Below, piece after piece: positions 1-7,687 of a stretch of DNA of 49,208 bases. Under the pieces are notes generated by a model. The model saw only the letters and a list, made by a program, of their open reading frames with translations. It had not been told where the DNA came from and ran no database searches. How positions within the stretch are numbered: the first letter of the stretch is position 1; every line of letters begins with the position of its first letter. The position numbers and the translations under genes were made by a program. This DNA is from a virus, in UHGV virus genome UHGV-0196072. One strand, given 5' to 3'.

Positions 1-69
1 ATAACAGTTATCACTACCGTTTGGGTGGTCATTCATCGAGGCCGCTCATTGAACAGCCCCTGTGAATAC

Positions 70-498
70 TCAGCCAGCAGCTGTCGCCACCTGTCCATCA
101 GCCTGCAGAACACTCTCCGGCAGCCGTTCAGTCAACGGCACGCCTTCCAGGACCTTCATGCCGTACTGGCCAATCCAGGTACTGACCGAGTTGATATTGC
201 CTGCAATGAAGTCTGTCACTTCATCAATCAACCCTTTCACCACAGTGTCAGTGCTCTGACGCCAGTGGCTCTCGATCGCCACCAGCAGCGGGTCAGAACC
301 ATTACTGACAGACTGCTCGCCAACGGCGTACGTCTTCTTCTTCGCAGCATCAGTGATGCAGACCAACTGGCTGGTCTGAACAGCGCCAGCTTCTGCCGCG
401 ACGACCTGCATCGTCAACGTAGCCACTTTGTTCCCGTCGGCATCAACGCTGGATGCATAGAACATGGAGAGCGTCAGATCCGTGCGTTGATACATCAT
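70..498 (-). CDS. hypothetical protein (142 aa), last late-strand gene before cos
   Basis: ORF coupled by an ATGA overlap to the upstream ORF 495..779. No recognisable motif. Confidence 0.35.
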   Translation of the reverse strand: MMYQRTDLTLSMFYASSVDADGNKVATLTMQVVAAEAGAVQTSQLVCITDAAKKKTYAVGEQSVSNGSDPLLVAIESHWRQSTDTVVKGLIDEVTDFIAGNINSVSTWIGQYGMKVLEGVPLTERLPESVLQADGQVATAAG

Positions 499-779
499 TG
501 CTTACCTCCACGACGATGGCGGGAACGGCGACCGCCGGGAGGCGGAGATTGTTGATCCTGTACCAGCTCACCCTCTAAAGGTTCCTGAGCCGACTCAGCA
601 GCCGGAGCAGGAGTCGAGGCCGGTGCAATATCATGTGCAATCGTCAGTTTCAGCAGGGGGCGGCCGCCCTGGACATGCTCAAAATGGATGCCATGTACGG
701 CTTCCTGCATCCGTGACTGACCATCCGTCTCCAGAACGGTCAAAGCGCCATCAACGTATTCAATTTTGAAACTCTTCAT
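495..779 (-). CDS. hypothetical protein (94 aa)
   Basis: ORF begins MKSFKIEY. Its first codons lie inside the duplicated module, as does the start of the 1173..1598 gene (shared M-K..K-I-E). Confidence 0.35.
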   Translation of the reverse strand: MKSFKIEYVDGALTVLETDGQSRMQEAVHGIHFEHVQGGRPLLKLTIAHDIAPASTPAPAAESAQEPLEGELVQDQQSPPPGGRRSRHRRGGKQ

Positions 780-796
780 CGGGTTACCTTTTGCGA

Positions 797-955
797 ATAA
801 AAAAGCCCCACAGATGTGAGGCTACTGGTTAAATATCAGGGTATTACTGTGAAACCACAACGTGTAAGGTTACAACTCAGCCCGTTCGTGGTGGAACACG
901 AACGAACAACGAATTAGCGGAGTTATGGCTGATTAACTTTGCTTAAGGGAATAAA
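797..955 (+). repeat. Copy A of an about-160-bp duplicated divergent-promoter / 5'-leader module
   Basis: About 80% identical to 1617..1773. Contains an 8-bp-stem hairpin (883..904) 52 nt upstream of the ATG at 956, and a conserved AAGGGA RBS. Confidence 0.7.
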
Positions 956-1210
956 ATGTCATCAGACGAAAAAATCGCCATTCTTGAAGATCGAATTAAA
1001 AAGATTGAGGGTGTAACCACGCATTTACTCATTCGCTCTGAACTAACCATGTGCATCGTGTCAGCAATGATTGGTGCAGACGTCATAAGCCGCGACGGTG
1101 TGAAGGAGATGATCAATAAAATCGACTTATCTGAATTCCAGGCACCTGCCATCACCGAAGCTGAAAGAAAGATTATCCTTCAACTTGTTGACAGGGTTGA
1201 GGTAGTTTAA
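956..1210 (+). CDS. hypothetical protein (84 aa), AT-rich moron region
   Basis: ORF with an AAGGGA RBS 8 nt upstream. Preceded by leader copy A. Confidence 0.4.
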   Translation: MSSDEKIAILEDRIKKIEGVTTHLLIRSELTMCIVSAMIGADVISRDGVKEMINKIDLSEFQAPAITEAERKIILQLVDRVEVV

Positions 1211-1598
1211 TTTCACCTTTTTTAATAGCGGCAGTCGTTAATAATGGTTTGTCGCTATCCACATCCATAGGCATTTTATTCCGGGCTATCTCACTTCCTG
1301 ACAACTCCACGCAACCAAACACTGGCATGCCCGGTGAACGTTCATCTTCCACGGCCACCAGCTGCGATTCGTTATACCAGCGCTCAGTGGCACATTTATC
1401 TGCAGCCTGATAATGAACGAAGTACTGATTCTCGCCGTTAAGACTCTGCGAACGCGCTTGTACCTCACCAAATTCTTCACTGATACGCAGACTTACCAAC
1501 TGACCCAGACAGAATTTAAAATCTTTTGCCAGTGGCAAAATTGCGCAGCCGTTTTGTTCAATTTTCATGATTGCGCAGCCGTTTTGTTCAATTTTCAT
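1173..1598 (-). CDS. hypothetical protein; N-terminus carries a 10-codon tandem duplication (MKIEQNGCAI x2). The downstream ATG at 1568 is an alternative start
   Basis: ORF overlaps the end of 956..1210 by 38 nt. The start region lies within the 30-bp tandem duplication. Confidence 0.3.
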   Translation of the reverse strand: MKIEQNGCAIMKIEQNGCAILPLAKDFKFCLGQLVSLRISEEFGEVQARSQSLNGENQYFVHYQAADKCATERWYNESQLVAVEDERSPGMPVFGCVELSGSEIARNKMPMDVDSDKPLLTTAAIKKGEIKLPQPCQQVEG

Positions 1599-1599
1599 G
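1540..1599. repeat. Perfect 30-bp tandem duplication (attgcgcagccgttttgttcaattttcatg x2)
   Basis: Identical 30-mers at 1540..1569 and 1570..1599. Duplicates the start codon and first 9 codons of the minus-strand gene. Confidence 0.95.
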
Positions 1600-1616
1600 T
1601 TTGACTCTCTCTATAG

Positions 1617-1773
1617 CAAATAGCCCCACATATGCGACGCTACTGGGTAAATATCAGGGTGTTACTGTAAAACCTCAACGTGTAAGGTTGCGGCTCAGCC
1701 CATCGGTGGTGGGATACTGATGAACACAGCAATGGCGGAGAGATGGCTGATTATTTCCGCTTAGGGATAGAAA
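1617..1773 (+). repeat. Copy B of the duplicated promoter/leader module
   Basis: Aligns with 797..955. Hairpin at 1701..1722 sits at the same 52-nt spacing from the ATG at 1774. Confidence 0.7.
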
Positions 1774-1878
1774 ATGAACTTTAGATTAACCTGCGTTGAT
1801 GGTATCCAAAATGCACATCAGAACCAGAAGCTTCGCGTGAATATTGTGGGGGGTGACAATTCCCTTTATACCGCCTAA
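1774..1878 (+). CDS. small hypothetical ORF (34 aa, MNFRLTCVDG...) downstream of leader copy B
   Basis: ATG at the position equivalent to the 956 start in copy A. Below the 60-aa cutoff of the ORF track. Confidence 0.25.
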   Translation: MNFRLTCVDGIQNAHQNQKLRVNIVGGDNSLYTA

Positions 1879-1963
1879 ATCGATATATCTGGAAAGGATC
1901 TCAGGAATGCTACTTTAGACCAGATTGAGTCATGGGCAATTGCATATGCAAAAGATCAATTTG

Positions 1964-2158
1964 CTAACTGCAGGAAGTAATCCTTGACGATAAGTGAGTC
2001 AAACTTACTTGTTGTGTGGCCACACTGCGTTCAAGCGAAAGAATGCATTCTTTAACTGCATTGACTGAGCAGTTTGTCGATTTAAGAACATCTTCAAGCT
2101 GCTCTTTTAGCTCTCCCACTTCTCGCTCTAATGCTTCAATTCGTTGTTCTGAAGTCAT
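1964..2158 (-). CDS. hypothetical coiled-coil protein (64 aa)
   Basis: ORF with a heptad-like N-terminus (EALEREVGELKEQLEDVL), immediately downstream of Rz. AT-rich. Confidence 0.3.
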   Translation of the reverse strand: MTSEQRIEALEREVGELKEQLEDVLKSTNCSVNAVKECILSLERSVATQQVSLTHLSSRITSCS

Positions 2159-2203
2159 TGTTCACTCCCAGAGTATTATCCCCACATAGGGATATCATGA
2201 ATT

Positions 2204-2716
2204 TTATCCCTTATCGGGGATAGATGTTCTCACCGATTCGTAAATCCACTCGCAGGTCATTCCTGCTGTGTAGCGTTCGTCAGCGATTGCAGCATATCGT
2301 CGAGCTTCTTCTGCAAGGTCTCCAAGCATGTCGGCAAGCATTCCGGCGGTGGCGCCGGTTGTTTTGCTTCTGACGGTAGCGGCAAGACTTGCGGTGTGCT
2401 TTGCGGCGTCCAGGCGGGTGGCAAGGTTTTTTGCCTGCTGGCGCAGCTGGTTAACAGTGCCAGAGAGATTAGCGGCAGCAGCACGCGCTGCAGCGGTTTG
2501 GGCTTGAGCATCTTGTACGGCCTCATCGCGGGCGATCAAGCGCCCCTGTTCAATCATCCGGGCGGCGGTTTGCGCGTTAACTTCCTGAGCCGATTCGGCG
2601 CTATCACGTTCAGCCCACCGCTTTTCCCATGCCCGATCGCTCCAGGCTAAACCAGCAACAAAGGCACCAGCAATAACCATTACGGCGATAGCTGGCTTTA
2701 AGTAGGCTGCACTCAC
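2204..2716 (-). CDS. Rz: Rz-like inner-membrane spanin (i-spanin)
   Basis: 170 aa with an N-terminal TMD ([17 protein letters not shown]) and a periplasmic Ala/Gln-rich coiled coil. Follows the endolysin and embeds the Rz1 frame. Confidence 0.8.
   Translation of the reverse strand: MSAAYLKPAIAVMVIAGAFVAGLAWSDRAWEKRWAERDSAESAQEVNAQTAARMIEQGRLIARDEAVQDAQAQTAAARAAAANLSGTVNQLRQQAKNLATRLDAAKHTASLAATVRSKTTGATAGMLADMLGDLAEEARRYAAIADERYTAGMTCEWIYESVRTSIPDKG
2257..2511 (-). CDS. Rz1: Rz1-like outer-membrane lipoprotein spanin (o-spanin), fully embedded in the +1 frame of Rz
   Basis: Signal peptide and lipobox (LLTSC) followed by a Pro-rich mature region. Embedded architecture as in lambda. Start taken at the internal Met (MLKPKPLQ). 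Confidence 0.7.
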   Translation of the reverse strand: MLKPKPLQRVLLPLISLALLTSCASRQKTLPPAWTPQSTPQVLPLPSEAKQPAPPPECLPTCLETLQKKLDDMLQSLTNATQQE

Positions 2717-3243
2717 TGGTCAATCCCCCAGCAAGTCAGCGCGCTTTCCTGATCACGGCGAGAGACCTGGCCGTAACAATTGTTGGAACGCACGCGGCAA
2801 TCTTTTCCGCCATCAAAAATCCACCGGCGAATTTCAGCGCAGGCGCCTTTACGGTCACCGGCATTCAGCTTGCGGTAGAAAGTGGAAGGAAAGCACTTAC
2901 CGGGCCCGATGTTATAGGGGCAGAAACTGGCAATTCCGACCTTTTGAGGAGGCGTAAGGTGAACCCGCACATTCTGATCAACCCATGCCAGCGCTTTATT
3001 GCGCTCGACGGCATTCACCTGATCGCATTTGGCCTGGGTTAACTTCATCCCTTGGGTTACAGGCCTTCCATCTACCCGGGTCGCTCCACGACATATCGTC
3101 CAGATACCGGCGCCATCGCGATACGCTGTAAGGCTGTTTCCTTCTTTCTCATCCAGGAACTGATCCATCAGGGTTGGGGCGGATGCACCAGCCGCTATTA
3201 ATCCCAGCATGGCTGCGCTGAGTTTCGTTTTCAGGGATGCCAT
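2713..3243 (-). CDS. R: SAR endolysin (phage 21 R21-type lysozyme, T4L-like E-8-D-5-T catalytic triad)
   Basis: N-terminal Gly/Ala-rich weakly hydrophobic segment ([22 protein letters not shown]). Motif [11 protein letters not shown]. Overall collinear with R21. Confidence 0.85.
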   Translation of the reverse strand: MASLKTKLSAAMLGLIAAGASAPTLMDQFLDEKEGNSLTAYRDGAGIWTICRGATRVDGRPVTQGMKLTQAKCDQVNAVERNKALAWVDQNVRVHLTPPQKVGIASFCPYNIGPGKCFPSTFYRKLNAGDRKGACAEIRRWIFDGGKDCRVRSNNCYGQVSRRDQESALTCWGIDQ

Positions 3244-3244
3244 T

Positions 3245-3499
3245 TTATTTATCCTGCGGCGGTTGCGTCACATCCCCCCGCCTGAGCGCATCCTCATAGG
3301 CTTTGGTTTGCCGACGTTTGAAATAAAGGTTCGTAAAATAAGTGGCGACGCCGATCACTACACCACTGACAAGCGCAATGAAGTTCCAGTCAAGACTATG
3401 GAACCAGTCATAAACACGCGCCAGGCCAGTACAAATCAGGCCGCCTGACGTGCAGTACGTAGCCGCTGTAAAGATTTTGTCAGGCATGATTTTGTTCAT
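3245..3499 (-). CDS. S: pinholin (S21-like class II holin) with a dual-start motif MNKIM
   Basis: Two TMDs and a C-terminal TNLYFKRRQTKAYEDALRRGD matching S21 (TNLYFKIREDRRKAARGE). Immediately upstream of the SAR endolysin. Confidence 0.8.
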   Translation of the reverse strand: MNKIMPDKIFTAATYCTSGGLICTGLARVYDWFHSLDWNFIALVSGVVIGVATYFTNLYFKRRQTKAYEDALRRGDVTQPPQDK

Positions 3500-3542
3500 C
3501 CGTCACCTCCTGCTGAGGTGTTAACCGTGAGATTAAAAAAAG

Positions 3543-3601
3543 GTGGGTATTATAACCACTAAACTATTGCACGCTTCGATAATGGTGGGTATAATACCCA
3601 C
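3543..3601 (+). promoter_or_regulatory. hicAB promoter with two palindromic operator-like sites
   Basis: First site gtgggtattataaccac at 3543..3559. Second site gtgggtataatacccac at 3585..3601, a perfect 17-bp palindrome containing a TATAAT -10 at 3590..3595. Candidate -35 TTGCAC at 3568..3573 with a 16-bp spacer. GGAGG lies just before the hicA start. Confidence 0.55.
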
Positions 3602-3620
3602 ATGTTAACGAAACGGAGGA

Positions 3621-3812
3621 TTGATGAGCAGTGCAGAGTTAATCAAAAAACTGATAGCTGATGGTTGGGTTAAGCAAAGACAGACAGGAAGCCATGTAAC
3701 GCTAACAAAACAGGGAATAGAGAAAATAATCACCATTCCCCACCCCAGAAAGGATTCTTCAAAGGGGATTGTTAGACAGGCTCAACAGATATCAGGACTT
3801 AAATTGATGTAA
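3621..3812 (+). CDS. hicA: HicA mRNA-interferase toxin (the ATG at 3624 is the likely start)
   Basis: About 62 aa with a GSH...PHPRKD HicA/YcfA signature. Followed by hicB. AT-rich moron. Confidence 0.75.
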   Translation: MMSSAELIKKLIADGWVKQRQTGSHVTLTKQGIEKIITIPHPRKDSSKGIVRQAQQISGLKLM

Positions 3813-3875
3813 AAGGGAGCGGCGAAAGCCGCCCCTCTCTGCAAGGGTTATCAATACGCAATTAGTGAGGTACCT

Positions 3876-4286
3876 ATGATTTATCCGCTCTTTATTTTCA
3901 AAGCCGATGACGGCACTTTTGATGGCTACTTTCCTGACATCGAAGGTTGCATGTTTGCCGGGAACAACCTCGAAAGCGCATTGAGGGACGCGGAGTCAGC
4001 TTTCGGTCAGCATATGGAAGTTTTGACTGAACAAGGCGGTCATGTGCCTGCGCCAAGTGATCCAGCCGATTATCTGGGTGATGAACGTCTCACCATGGAT
4101 AACGGCTTCTTGGCGCTTGTCGAGATTGACCCATCAAAATACGAAACAAAAGCCGTCAAATTTAATCTCACCATGCCTGGTAATCTATTGACTGCAATCG
4201 ACAGTTACATAGAAAAAAATGGACGGTACAAAAACCGCTCCGCTTTTCTATCTGAGATTGCAAGAAAAGAGATAGCCAGAGGCTAA
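3876..4286 (+). CDS. hicB: HicB antitoxin (HicB N-domain plus C-terminal RHH DNA-binding domain)
   Basis: 136 aa. C-terminal ribbon-helix-helix-like (NRSAFLSEIARKEIARG). Positioned immediately after hicA. Confidence 0.75.
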   Translation: MIYPLFIFKADDGTFDGYFPDIEGCMFAGNNLESALRDAESAFGQHMEVLTEQGGHVPAPSDPADYLGDERLTMDNGFLALVEIDPSKYETKAVKFNLTMPGNLLTAIDSYIEKNGRYKNRSAFLSEIARKEIARG

Positions 4287-4293
4287 ATTACAC

Positions 4294-4316
4294 AAGGCAC
4301 CTTCGGGTGCCTTTTC
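4294..4316 (+). terminator. intrinsic terminator after hicB, between hicAB and the convergent methylase
   Basis: aaggcacc-ttcg-ggtgcctt hairpin followed by a T run. Confidence 0.5.
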
Positions 4317-4321
4317 TCATT

Positions 4322-5371
4322 TCAGCCAGCCATTTTGCGGATCTCGTCAACAGTTTGCTCGAACCGTTCGCCTTCCAGCTCAACCCCTATGGCATGCCGG
4401 CCAGACTTAATTGCTTCCTTGATAGTTGACCCGGATCCCATAAAGAAATCAGCAACGAGATCACCAGGCTTACTACTGGCATTGATGATCTGCAGGAGCA
4501 TATCTGCGGGTTTTTCGCATGGATGCTTACCGGGATAGAACTGAACCGGCTTATGCGTCCAAACGTCCGTATAGGGAACAAGCGCCGTAACGGCGAATTG
4601 ACGCCGGAGGGATTTGTATTCCTCCAGCAATTCTGAATATTTGCGGTTCAGAGAATGCCAGGTTGCTACTAACTCATGGTGAGGGTGGGCCAGCTCGTTC
4701 TTCTGGTGCTTCTCTGCGGCGATCTTTGAAAATAGCGCCTGCAGTTTTAAATAGTCGCTTTCGTTTGGCAGCTGCCATTGGCTAATGCCGAACCAGTGCG
4801 ACACCATGTTCTTTTTGCCGGTAGCGTCAGCTATCTGCTTAGCACTAACGCCAAGCGAATCTCGAGCATTACGGAAATAAGATATAAGCGGCGCCATCAA
4901 ATGCTGCTTAAGGTCGTTACTTTTTTCCGCATACCCATCATCTTTTGGTTGATACGGTCCCTGATAATGCTCAGCAAACAATATTCGCTCTGTAGCTGGA
5001 AAATAGGACCGTAAACTCTCTTTATTGCAGCCATTCCACCGTCCTGATGGCTTCGCCCAGATGATGTGATTCAGTACGTTAAACCGACTCCGCACTAAAA
5101 TTTCGATATCTGAGGCAAGCCGATGACCAGAGAACAGGTAAAGGCTACCGTTCGGCTTTAAAACACGCCAGAACTGCGCCAGACACATATCAAGCCAACG
5201 TAAATAGTCCTCATCCCCTTTCCATTGGTTGTCCCAACCGTTCGGCTTAACCTTAAAATACGGCGGATCCGTAACTATCAAGTCAATGGAGTTATCAGGG
5301 AGGGACGGAAGATATTGCAGGCAATCAGCGTTGATTAATTCAGCACTGGATATTTTTACAGTATTTTTCAT
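4322..5371 (-). CDS. DNA methyltransferase, beta-class (N6-adenine or N4-cytosine): DPPY motif IV precedes the FxGxG motif I
   Basis: IVTDPPYF near the N-terminus. ADFFMGSGST near the C-terminus. Confidence 0.75.
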   Translation of the reverse strand: MKNTVKISSAELINADCLQYLPSLPDNSIDLIVTDPPYFKVKPNGWDNQWKGDEDYLRWLDMCLAQFWRVLKPNGSLYLFSGHRLASDIEILVRSRFNVLNHIIWAKPSGRWNGCNKESLRSYFPATERILFAEHYQGPYQPKDDGYAEKSNDLKQHLMAPLISYFRNARDSLGVSAKQIADATGKKNMVSHWFGISQWQLPNESDYLKLQALFSKIAAEKHQKNELAHPHHELVATWHSLNRKYSELLEEYKSLRRQFAVTALVPYTDVWTHKPVQFYPGKHPCEKPADMLLQIINASSKPGDLVADFFMGSGSTIKEAIKSGRHAIGVELEGERFEQTVDEIRKMAG

Positions 5372-5520
5372 AGATCAGTAAGCAGGACTCTGATAGGCTC
5401 ACTATGCTTTTGCGCTAAAGCAGTGGGCCTTGGTTCGCTTGTGACCTTCTACATGAGCGAATGGCTGGTCGGGTGCTCCAACACCCACCAGCCGCCCATT
5501 TTCACAGCAGATAGCCCCCA

Positions 5521-5712
5521 TTAAGGGAGGCGCTTGTAACATCCGAATTGATAGTCAGATAAACCCGCCATTACCAGCTGCGTTAAAATTAACTGACAGC
5601 GCTCACGCGTCAGATGCGTGTTTTGCGAAATCTCCCCAACCGTAGCTGGTTCATCACTTAACTCATTGAAAACCGCGCGCGCCACTTCCGTCATATCATA
5701 TTGATTTAGCAT
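5521..5712 (-). CDS. hypothetical protein (63 aa)
   Basis: ORF only. Sits between the Q-like gene and the methylase. Confidence 0.25.
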   Translation of the reverse strand: MLNQYDMTEVARAVFNELSDEPATVGEISQNTHLTRERCQLILTQLVMAGLSDYQFGCYKRLP

Positions 5713-5905
5713 GTCTTTTTCCTGTTCAAACGGTATGACATACAGATAACTCTGGTTGCTAACGTCATCAAGAAGTAATTGCAGAAGGCATAAAAAAACC
5801 CCGCCTAAGCGAGGTTATTTATAAATATGGAAGAATATCAAATTACCCTAAAATATCGCTCATTTTGTTGCATTTTGCAAGCCAGTTTGACGAAGATAGC
5901 CAACT

Positions 5906-6625
5906 TTAATCACATTTTTCAGTTCTGGCCTCTTCTATCTGTTCATGATGGCTGTAGATGTGTTGCAATGCGTTGCTATCCATCTCAACGAAAGCCTTTT
6001 TAAGCCGATCCCAATGACCGGCATACACTCTTTTCCATGTCGAACGATCAACGGAAACCATACGCGCCAGTGCTGCGCCAGCGTAGGCTTTATAAGTCTC
6101 ATTATTCCGTGTCGCGGCAACCTCCTGGGCAGCCAACCAGACCAGCCCCACCAGCTTTTTGATAACTCTCGATTGGATCGCCCTGCCTACCTGATAGTTC
6201 TGGTATTCAGTCCAGATGTGTTGGCACATTATCGTCTGGTACCGAAAGTTAAGGTCGAAGCCATAACAATAGCGCACCCATGCCTGGTGGTGCTCTTCCA
6301 GCAGGTTCACAGCCCGGCGCCACGGTGAATAACCAAACTCGATATCATTGATGGGTGGCATCGGCCGGCGGCGGCTGCGAGTCTCCATCACATGAACAGG
6401 AGTGGTCAGAGCTTTAACTACAGACGGGCCGCAGCCAATCCCCCCTTCAAGATCGACCATGTGGCTGGCGCGCCGTGGATTTTTATTCTTATCTGCTGGT
6501 GGGTTCTCGCTGAATGCCTCGAGTTGTCCCTTTGTTGCGCCGGATAAATCCAACAACGCTCGACGAACTTCAATACGGGTATATTCCAGATTTTGTAGAT
6601 TCATACTGCTCAGTGCTCCATACAC
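5906..6625 (-). CDS. putative late-gene antiterminator (Q-like; QuuQ/YdfT-type; Phage_antitermQ-like). The ATG at 6604 is the alternative start
   Basis: Length about 235 aa. Located downstream of a DUF968 gene, as ydfU-quuQ are in the Qin prophage, and upstream of the lysis genes. Confidence 0.45.
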   Translation of the reverse strand: MYGALSSMNLQNLEYTRIEVRRALLDLSGATKGQLEAFSENPPADKNKNPRRASHMVDLEGGIGCGPSVVKALTTPVHVMETRSRRRPMPPINDIEFGYSPWRRAVNLLEEHHQAWVRYCYGFDLNFRYQTIMCQHIWTEYQNYQVGRAIQSRVIKKLVGLVWLAAQEVAATRNNETYKAYAGAALARMVSVDRSTWKRVYAGHWDRLKKAFVEMDSNALQHIYSHHEQIEEARTEKCD

Positions 6626-7687
6626 TTATGCTTTTACAATCACACCGATCGCTATGGCCCTATCAAGGAAACGGAACAACAGTTGCAGCTGTGAGCCGTT
6701 TTTCTCTTCAAACGCATTTACGTCGGCATGTAGCTCGTCGTGACACTCTCTGCACAGAGGAAACACGAAGAGATCGTGGGCTTTGGTTGCGGTACCGCCC
6801 ATGCCATGCCCGATGACATGATGCGGATCATCTCCGGGGCGACGACAGCACTCGCATGGCTGCCGCTTCACCCAGTCGGTGTAAGTCTGGTTAACCCAAC
6901 GCCGGCGCTTAGGTTTCAGCATGAAGGATTCTGGTGATTCCGGATCGGCGGCCAGCGCCAGCACCTTCGGCTGTTCCTGCTGCGCCTGCGCTCCTTCGTT
7001 GGGCCTGCATGCTTGCGCTGCACCTGATGAGGGGAGTTTTTCCTGCAGAATGCTGGTGGCCGGTACTGAAGGTCGGATATCGCTTTCTTTATATACCGAC
7101 TGGAACGGCTCCTCGGGAAGACGCAGACCTCGCTGTGCCATCGTCTCGGTGATAGCATCGGCGGCGCCGGAGTACACGGCCCACCAGCACAGCTCCGGCA
7201 GTGACAGCTCCCGCTCTCGTCCCAGTTGCAGGCCTGTGATGGCGGTATCAATAACCCAGTCGATAACGTTCCGGCGCGCCAGCGCGGTAAGCGTGCCAGT
7301 GGTCTGTTCTCGAAGGCGGGTGTCGCAGTACCAGCAGAGCATCATCGCACCAGGAGGATGACGCATGGTGACCAGTTCGTGGTGATGGTAATCGGAGTGC
7401 GGGTACTGGCATTCGCGAATGTTGTGCTGAAGCCAGTATTCAAGCCCTGGCAAGCCCCCGGCGGCTTTGATGACACGCTCACTGGTGAAAAAGTCTTCCA
7501 ATACCTTATCTTCAGCCAGCGGCTGGCGCGCGTCAGGAACGGCACCAGCCTCCAGCCCCGCCATACTTTTTGGCTCAGACTCGATTAGCACCCTCCCGTT
7601 GCGGAAAAGCCTCATCAGTTCTTTACCAGGCTTAAACAGTACCACGCCTAAGCGTGGCACCACTTCCGGAGTTAGCAGGGCTCTCAT
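6626..7687 (-). CDS. DUF968 phage protein (YdfU-like) with a C-terminal Cys/His cluster
   Basis: 353 aa. C-terminal CECCRRPGDDPHHV...CRECHDELH. Confidence 0.5.
   Translation of the reverse strand: MRALLTPEVVPRLGVVLFKPGKELMRLFRNGRVLIESEPKSMAGLEAGAVPDARQPLAEDKVLEDFFTSERVIKAAGGLPGLEYWLQHNIRECQYPHSDYHHHELVTMRHPPGAMMLCWYCDTRLREQTTGTLTALARRNVIDWVIDTAITGLQLGRERELSLPELCWWAVYSGAADAITETMAQRGLRLPEEPFQSVYKESDIRPSVPATSILQEKLPSSGAAQACRPNEGAQAQQEQPKVLALAADPESPESFMLKPKRRRWVNQTYTDWVKRQPCECCRRPGDDPHHVIGHGMGGTATKAHDLFVFPLCRECHDELHADVNAFEEKNGSQLQLLFRFLDRAIAIGVIVKA

Noticed and set aside
5760-5830. Possible late terminator/promoter (aaaaaaccccgcctaagcgagg) downstream of the Q-like gene
   Set aside because: The stem is not convincingly complementary on either strand. 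Noted only as a candidate pR'/qut region needing experimental mapping.
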